Positions 57,856 to 64,000 of a stretch of 64,000 nt of DNA are shown one piece after another. Under the pieces are notes generated by a model. The model was not told where the DNA came from. It saw nothing but the letters and a program-made list of their open reading frames with translations, and did no database searches. The stretch comes from a bacterium (GTDB taxonomy: Bacteria > SAR324 > NAC60-12), in the NCBI GenBank assembly GCA_965233585.1, contig CBDDTI010000745.1:224001-288000 (forward strand). Reading direction: 5' to 3'. Numbering within the stretch: the stretch's first letter is position 1; every line of letters begins with the position of its first letter. Both the position numbers and the translations under genes were made by a program.

Positions 57856-59381
57856 GTTGTCATAAATTGATTGCGTTCATAAAGGTCAGAAAGTTCTGCA
57901 AGCCAGTGACTTAAATCACCAGACATGGCATCTTTAGACATTCTCCAAGTCCAGTTTCCTTGACTGGTGCCGGGAGTGTTCATTTTTGCTTCATTGCCTA
58001 AATTCAGCCAATCTTGCATAGGTGCGACTGCCGTCAATGCAGAAGAGGCTAATGCTTCTCGCCATAGGACAGGAGCAATATTTGATTCATTCAGGTCACG
58101 CCATAAATAGCGATTGAGATAGCATCGTGCCTCATTGTTCAGTTCTTGATACCAGCCTCTTGTTGTAGAATTGTCATGCGTGCCTGTGTAAATCACAGAG
58201 TGAATGGGGACACGATGTGGAATATAGTCATTCGCTTCTGTTTGATGGAAGGCAAATTGTAGTACCTTCATACCGGGCAAGTGACATGAATCACGCAGTT
58301 CAATGACATCGGGTGTAATCATGCCCAAATCTTCAGCAATCAAAGGGAGTGTTCCTAGACTTTGAGAAATGGCATCAAAAAAATCCTTGCCCGGTCCGTC
58401 CACCCATTTTCCATGAATGGCAGTTTCTTCTGTTGCTGGGATTTCCCAAAATTGAGCAAAACCTCTAAAATGGTCTATCCTCACAATGTCCACAAGGTTT
58501 AGCACTGTTTTCAACCTTTGCAACCACCAATGATAATTGTCTGACTTCATTTTCTCCCAATGATACAAGGGGTTTCCCCATCGCTGACCTGTTGCTGCAA
58601 AGTAATCAGGCGGAGTTCCTGCAACCACTTGAGGAAAACCTTGGTCGTCAAGTTGGAATAAATGAGGATTTGCCCAGACTTCAGCGCTGTCATGGCTGAC
58701 AAAAATAGGAATGTCTCCAACGATGCTTACGCCCCGATGATTTGCATAGTGTTTGAGTGCAAGCCACTGTCTAAAAAAAACAAACTGCTCAAAACAATAG
58801 TATTCAATTTTTGATTGATGTGTGAGCTTCCATTGCTTCAGAACCTTGTGATTACGTTTTTTCAAAGGTTCTTGCCATTGATTCCATGTGAGACCTTCAA
58901 ACTCATCTTTAAGTGTCATGTAAAATGCAAAGTCTTCAAGCCACAAGTGAGCTTTTAAAAACTCTTGATATTCCTTTGCCAGTGTTCCAGTAAGTTTTGT
59001 TTGAAAGCCAGCAAAGGCTTTTTTCAACTGATGAGACTTCCAAGGTTGAACTAAAGATTCGTCAAAAAGATGTTCTGGAAAGTCTGGGGCATCTGTAAGT
59101 GAATCTTCTGATAACCAACCCTCTTGGCAAAGCCCTTTCAAGTCAATCCACATAGGATTGCCCGCAAATGCCGAAAGTGTCTGATATGGAGAAAGTCCAA
59201 AAGCAGGAGGATTCATGGGAAGAATCTGCCAAATGGATTGCTTGGCATCAACTAAAAAATCAATGAAACGTCTCGCCATTTCTCCCATATCACCTACTCC
59301 AAATTCACTGGGCAATGATGTTGGGTGTAGGAGTACGCCAGAGACTCTTTGTTGCTGATAAACTGATGGTGAATTGCTCAT
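57840..59381 (-). CDS. malQ: 4-alpha-glucanotransferase (GH77)
   Basis: GVLLHPTSLP, RIDHFRG, IAEDLG, YTGTHDN, MNTPG. Confidence 0.96.
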   Translation of the reverse strand: MSNSPSVYQQQRVSGVLLHPTSLPSEFGVGDMGEMARRFIDFLVDAKQSIWQILPMNPPAFGLSPYQTLSAFAGNPMWIDLKGLCQEGWLSEDSLTDAPDFPEHLFDESLVQPWKSHQLKKAFAGFQTKLTGTLAKEYQEFLKAHLWLEDFAFYMTLKDEFEGLTWNQWQEPLKKRNHKVLKQWKLTHQSKIEYYCFEQFVFFRQWLALKHYANHRGVSIVGDIPIFVSHDSAEVWANPHLFQLDDQGFPQVVAGTPPDYFAATGQRWGNPLYHWEKMKSDNYHWWLQRLKTVLNLVDIVRIDHFRGFAQFWEIPATEETAIHGKWVDGPGKDFFDAISQSLGTLPLIAEDLGMITPDVIELRDSCHLPGMKVLQFAFHQTEANDYIPHRVPIHSVIYTGTHDNSTTRGWYQELNNEARCYLNRYLWRDLNESNIAPVLWREALASSALTAVAPMQDWLNLGNEAKMNTPGTSQGNWTWRMSKDAMSGDLSHWLAELSDLYERNQFMTTWQNN

Positions 59382-59493
59382 ATCTGCCAAAAAACGTAAA
59401 AGTTCGCTGTTCTTGAAATCTGTTGCATCAATTCTAGTCTTGACAACGTCTTTTTTAGAGAATGGTCAAATTTGAGTTGATTCAATGCTCATG

Positions 59494-60963
59494 CTAACGC
59501 AGGTTACTCAATGCGGAAAAGCTCAACAATTCTAAAACAAGGTCTGGAAAAAGACCAAGATAGAGAATCATGGCTGCGGAAGAGACCACTCCAAAAGAGG
59601 AAAAAATGAAGCTCACAGTCACAGATTGTTCAGATGGTGTCTGCTCTTTTTTGCAAGGAGAGTACATTGCTGCAACAAGTGAAAGGTAATAGTAAGCGGA
59701 GATAATGCTATTGACCACAGCAACGATGACCAGCCAAGACCAATTTGATGCCAGTGCCGCACTAAAAAGTTTGACCTTACCAAGAAAGCCGACGGTTAAA
59801 GGGAATCCCATCAATGAAAATAAAAAAATACTCATGCAAAATGCTAAGACAGGGTGTTTTTTCCCATATCCTAACAAATCCTGACGTTCCACCAATTCAT
59901 TTGTAAAACGACTGACTCCCAAAATTCCAAAAGACCCAACACTCATAAAAGAGTAAGCAACTACATAAAACATCAGTGCTTGGATTCCTATACGTTGCCC
60001 AACAACGACTGCAACCAAAGCATAGCCTGCATGTGCAATAGAAGAATAGGCAAGAAGTCTCTTAATATTGGTTTGGCGGAGTGCCAGTAGATTGCCTACG
60101 GTCATAGTCAATGTTGCCATAACTGCAAGCATCATGTTCCATTCGTTGGCATGGAACACGTCAGACATTCCTGTCATTAGCAAGCGAATAAATGCGGCAA
60201 ACATTGAGGCTTTGGAAGCTGAGGCAAGAAACGCCACCGATGATGATGAAGCCCCTGAATACACATCAGGAGCCCAGAAATGGAACGGAAACAGTGCAAT
60301 CTTACCACATAAACCAACCAAGACTAAGACCACTCCAAATAAAGCAAGAGAGTTAGAACTTGCATTGGATAAATTCTGAATCATTGTGGGTAGATAAAGG
60401 CTTCCTGTCGCCCCATAAAGGAGTGCAAAGCCATAAATCAAGAAACCAGTGGCAATCGCCCCCATCAGCAAATATTTGATTGCCGCCTCTGAAGACTCAG
60501 AACGTTCACGCAAGAGACCTGCCAGAATATAACCGCAAAGCGACGTCATTTCTATTCCAATAAAAATGACCAAAACATGCTGACTAGACACCGTCAACAT
60601 CATGCCTACAATCGCAAACAAAATGAGTAAATAAAATTCATTGAATCCCTTTTGGGACATGTCCAAGTGATGCCATGAGATGAAAATCACAATCCCGCCC
60701 AATATCAGAAAAAGCATCTCAAAGAAAATAGAATAATTATCAGCAATGATCATTTCCCCAATGCCTTGACGTTGTGTGCCAAGTAATTCTATTTCCAAAA
60801 AAAATGTTATGGCTAATCCAAGTATGGATAGAAAAATAACTGTGGCTTTTCGGTGATGTGAAGAACTGAACAAATCCGCAAACATGACAAGAATTGCAGT
60901 AGAAACAAGAACGATTTCAGGGAGAACTGGCAGGAGGTCAAACGATGTCAAAAACGGAAACAT
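59494..60963 (-). CDS. nuoN: NADH-quinone oxidoreductase subunit N
   Basis: EAAIKY, PFHFWAPDVY, KRLLAYSSIAHAGY. Confidence 0.93.
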   Translation of the reverse strand: MFPFLTSFDLLPVLPEIVLVSTAILVMFADLFSSSHHRKATVIFLSILGLAITFFLEIELLGTQRQGIGEMIIADNYSIFFEMLFLILGGIVIFISWHHLDMSQKGFNEFYLLILFAIVGMMLTVSSQHVLVIFIGIEMTSLCGYILAGLLRERSESSEAAIKYLLMGAIATGFLIYGFALLYGATGSLYLPTMIQNLSNASSNSLALFGVVLVLVGLCGKIALFPFHFWAPDVYSGASSSSVAFLASASKASMFAAFIRLLMTGMSDVFHANEWNMMLAVMATLTMTVGNLLALRQTNIKRLLAYSSIAHAGYALVAVVVGQRIGIQALMFYVVAYSFMSVGSFGILGVSRFTNELVERQDLLGYGKKHPVLAFCMSIFLFSLMGFPLTVGFLGKVKLFSAALASNWSWLVIVAVVNSIISAYYYLSLVAAMYSPCKKEQTPSEQSVTVSFIFSSFGVVSSAAMILYLGLFPDLVLELLSFSALSNLR

Positions 60964-61120
60964 ACTTTCAAAGTTAGGAAATTTAGCAAATCTGATAGAA
61001 TATGCCTGACAGCCTAAAAAAACAAGACCAACGCATCTTTTCAAGTGCTAAAGTTTTGTGGTGAAAGATCCGATAAGGTCACAAGGGATTTTTATTTTTA
61101 AATTTGATTACCAAAAAAAC

Positions 61121-61918
61121 ATGCAACCTGTTTCTTACCTCAATTTGTACATCACTGTTGTCGTTGGCTTTGTCCTCTCTATGGCATTTGGCTCCTACTT
61201 CTTCTATCAAAATATGGACAATGCCAGTTTTTTACTCCTTTCAGGATTAGAGACGAATCGGATCTACATAGACCAGCATCAGTATAACTCTTACTTGCAG
61301 GGTTTTATTTACTGCATGACCTTTTTTGTAGCGGGAGTTTTATTGCTCATTGTCATGGCATTGCCAAGTAAGGAGGTCTTTGAACAACGTGCCATTCATT
61401 CAGGACGGCTTGCTCCAAGCATGACTTTGCAAACTCAAGAAGCACATGCTCCATCAGCTATTCCTGCAATAGATGCCTCACAAATGGGAACGTCTCAATC
61501 TACGCCCACAACTTCTGAAAGCTCTAATCCACAAGAAGTGGAAGACCCAAGTCAGGTGCAGCTAACCATTGAAGATGAGCCAGATATTGACCTATTTGAA
61601 GCAGAAGATGACAGCAAAGAAACGGCTGATGCTAATGTGGTGTATGGGTTAGGCAGAGTAACTGAAGATTCCACACTAGAGTTTATCCATGCCCACCCTG
61701 ACAGTGCTGTGAAGTTTCTTTACAGACGCAATTTGGAAGGCAAAAGCCTTTCAAGTGCCGAAGAGAAAATTTACGAATCATGGCAAAAAAGAGGACTCAC
61801 CCGTACAAGAGTTAGAGACTACATTCTTCAACTTATGGAATGGAAAAAACTCCCTGAAGTCTTGCCTCTGGAAATTTGGTCTCAATTACGCGACCAAATC
61901 TTTGAACTCACTCATTAA
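61121..61918 (+). CDS. Hypothetical membrane protein (2 TM, acidic linker)
   Basis: Two hydrophobic segments followed by a low-complexity linker and a C-terminal domain. Confidence 0.7.
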   Translation: MQPVSYLNLYITVVVGFVLSMAFGSYFFYQNMDNASFLLLSGLETNRIYIDQHQYNSYLQGFIYCMTFFVAGVLLLIVMALPSKEVFEQRAIHSGRLAPSMTLQTQEAHAPSAIPAIDASQMGTSQSTPTTSESSNPQEVEDPSQVQLTIEDEPDIDLFEAEDDSKETADANVVYGLGRVTEDSTLEFIHAHPDSAVKFLYRRNLEGKSLSSAEEKIYESWQKRGLTRTRVRDYILQLMEWKKLPEVLPLEIWSQLRDQIFELTH

Positions 61919-62514
61919 TCTTGAAACTTTGGTGCATATAGTTCTAAAAAATTCTTCACAATTCTCATACCATCTGGAGTCAAAATAGATTCAGGGTGAA
62001 ACTGAAGACCAAAGGTTTTTGTGCCTTTCAAATGCACTGCCATGACTTCATCTTGTTCTGTATGGGCTAAAATTGTGAAGCAATCGCTTTCAGGAATCGC
62101 AATCAACGAATGATAACGCATGGCAGAAAAGGGTGAAGGGACATTTTGAAAAATGTGTTCTTGACTATGCCAAATTTGTGAAGTCTTTCCGTGCATGATC
62201 TGTCTTGCCTTTTCTACCTTGCCGCCAAATAACTCCACCAAACACTGATGTCCCAAACAAACGCCTAGTATTGGAATTTTTCTGTGAAAATATTGAAGTG
62301 CAGGAAGAGAAATTTTGGTTTCTTGGGGAGTGTTTGGACCGGGTGAAAGACAAAGATGTGTGGGTTGCAAAGCCACTAGCTCATCAAGAGAAGTTGCATC
62401 ATGGTCAAATATCAAGACCTCTGCACCTTGCATTCTAAACATTTGGACAAGGTTGTAGGTAAAAGAGTCATAGTGATCAATGACAATGACCTTTTTCAGG
62501 GCATGATGGCTCAT
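61915..62514 (-). CDS. Anthranilate/aminodeoxychorismate synthase component II (TrpG/PabA)
   Basis: IDHYDSFTYNL, SPGP, GVCLGHQ, RYHSL, QFHPES. Confidence 0.93.
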   Translation of the reverse strand: MSHHALKKVIVIDHYDSFTYNLVQMFRMQGAEVLIFDHDATSLDELVALQPTHLCLSPGPNTPQETKISLPALQYFHRKIPILGVCLGHQCLVELFGGKVEKARQIMHGKTSQIWHSQEHIFQNVPSPFSAMRYHSLIAIPESDCFTILAHTEQDEVMAVHLKGTKTFGLQFHPESILTPDGMRIVKNFLELYAPKFQD

Positions 62515-62626
62515 GTTGCATCTTCTTTCAGAACACATTTGACTAGAAGATCAGTCTCAAATTTCCAGTCTGCTGGGGTGATTTTGGGAGAATACAAAAA
62601 CAAAATGTCTCTAGCATAAAATTTTT

Positions 62627-63399
62627 GGCAGTGTTCACTTGGTATTGGCATGATATTTTTCAAACCTTTTATAGTCAAAGAAGAGTTGTAGAGAGTGTTC
62701 CAGCATGTCAAAAGTTTTAGAATGTCGTTTAGATTTTCTCATCAAGCGAGCTAGGTTATCTCTGATGGAAGAATTAGAAGATTCAATGAGATGAGTGTTG
62801 TCCTTGCCTATCTGATGCTTTTGTGGAATTTGGAGTTGTGCAAATGCCACTTGATAGCATGAGTTGGCATCTGTATAAATCGTTTCAATTCTAGCTCGTT
62901 GTGCTTTGACTAGTCCATACAGCTGCTTTGCTGCTGCTAATCCTTTGCCTATCACAAAGGCAATCACACATTGTTCTTGACGAGAGTATGCTGTCCAAAC
63001 AGCTACTCTTTGGCTTTTTTTTGAACAAAAGTGTAGATCTCATCCATCTCTATACTATCTACTTGTGCATGGAAACTTGGTGCGTCTTTTGGAAGTTGAG
63101 ACACTCTAGCTTTTTTGATCCAGTTGACAATTGAAGCGGGAGACACCTGCAAAAAACGAGCGATCTTTCTGATGCCTACACTATTGACATACATCTCTAA
63201 GGCTTGACGCTTGGTCTCTAGTGGGATTCTCAAACCATTTGAGGTGAATGCTCTCTGACATGACTTGCAACGATACCTCTGAACCCCTTTGTAACTTCCA
63301 TTCTTGATATAAGTCTGACTCCCACAATGATGACAACTTCTCATTTCCATTCCTCAAATTCACTCTCACATGCAATGACAATACCAACTAAACACTGCC
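62627..63399 (-). mobile_element. IS1-family insertion sequence (773 bp), no target duplication seen
   Basis: IRs GGCAGTGTTCACTTGGTATTGGCAT / GGCAGTGTTTAGTTGGTATTGTCAT; the two flanks differ. Confidence 0.92.
62635..63350 (-). CDS. IS1-family transposase InsAB, -1 frameshift
   Basis: CHHC...CKSC Zn ribbon; A8G run (T8 at 63015-63022) joins EMDEIYTFVQKK to SQRVAVWTAYSR...YTD...IESSNSSIR. Confidence 0.9.
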
Positions 63400-63461
63400 T
63401 CCAATGGAGGGGAATTGAAACACTTTGCCTTTCGTCATTGCCACCTTGAGTGAGCAATCTC
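63400..63461. repeat. Degenerate REP-like elements flanking the second IS
   Basis: TCCAATGGAGGGGAATTGAAAC resembles the 6987-7014 copy; CGTCATTGC...GCAATCTC resembles the 6885 copy in reverse. Confidence 0.65.
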
Positions 63462-63550
63462 CTCTTTTCAGATTTCTCTCTTTTTTTATTTTTCCATTTT
63501 GTCTTTAAATTTGTTATGATTCTGGTTTTGACATTCTCACTTATCGGCTG

Positions 63551-64000
63551 ATGGAAACCGCATTACTTTTTGACACACTCAAGACTTCCAAACACTTGCA
63601 AGCTGCAGGCTTTGAACAAGAGCAAGCAGAGGCATTGACAGAAGAATTTAAGTTTGTGGTAGAAAGCAACTTTGCGAAACTTTCTACCAAAGAGCAAGTT
63701 TCTGGTTTAGAGACAAGCCTTAATGAAAAACTGGAGCAAAAATCCACCAAAGACCAAGTCTCTGGTTTAGAGACAAGTCTTAATGAAAAACTGGAGCAAA
63801 AATCCACTAAAGAGCAAGTCTCTCACTTGCAAGAACAGCTTGAGCAAAAAGCCACTAAAGAACAGGTGTCTCACTTGCAAGAACAGCTTGAGCAGAAAGC
63901 CACTAAAGAGCAAGTCTCTAATTTAGAAACAAGCCTTAATGAAAAACTGGAGCAAAAATCCACCAAAGAAGACATTCAAAATGTCAGAGATGAAATCAAA
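63551..64000 (+). CDS. DUF1640/CCDC90-like coiled-coil protein with tandem repeats (partial, runs off the window)
   Basis: Hand translation: METALLFDTLKTSKHLQAAGFEQEQAEAL...STKEQVSGLETSLNEKLEQK repeats. Confidence 0.8.
   Translation, partial: METALLFDTLKTSKHLQAAGFEQEQAEALTEEFKFVVESNFAKLSTKEQVSGLETSLNEKLEQKSTKDQVSGLETSLNEKLEQKSTKEQVSHLQEQLEQKATKEQVSHLQEQLEQKATKEQVSNLETSLNEKLEQKSTKEDIQNVRDEIK

Overview
AT-rich (roughly 40% GC by eye) bacterial chromosomal segment from a diderm organism; the gene content is compatible with a Deltaproteobacteria-like or SAR324-like lineage, possibly host-associated (inference only). Housekeeping genes include lptF, lolA, lgt, nagBA, rbgA/ylqF, ftsH, psd, fabI, a polar amino-acid ABC system with astC/argD, hisB-hisH-hisA/F-hisI, tatA, an RSH, pdxA, pabC, ribBA, a GldA/F/G-like ABC system, malQ, nuoN and trpG/pabA. 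Interspersed are many secreted or lipoprotein repeat proteins: a double 7-bladed SBBP-type propeller lipoprotein running off the left edge, a truncated FN3 paralog, an RCC1-repeat lipoprotein, two ankyrin proteins and a 2263-aa mosaic surface protein. There are two IS1-family elements and a cluster of REP-like palindromes. No CRISPR array, rRNA or tRNA was recognised. Most notable: (1) an internal TM-basic-lipobox cassette splitting the last domain of the 2263-aa protein, a candidate processing and anchoring mechanism; (2) a natural HisA-HisF fusion with an apparently decayed internal start; (3) a hydrolase-dead, ACT-less RSH with an apparently duplicated RIS segment; (4) a propeller-lipoprotein locus with hypervariable blade positions, a poly-T promoter spacer, a structured leader and a REP-associated truncation.
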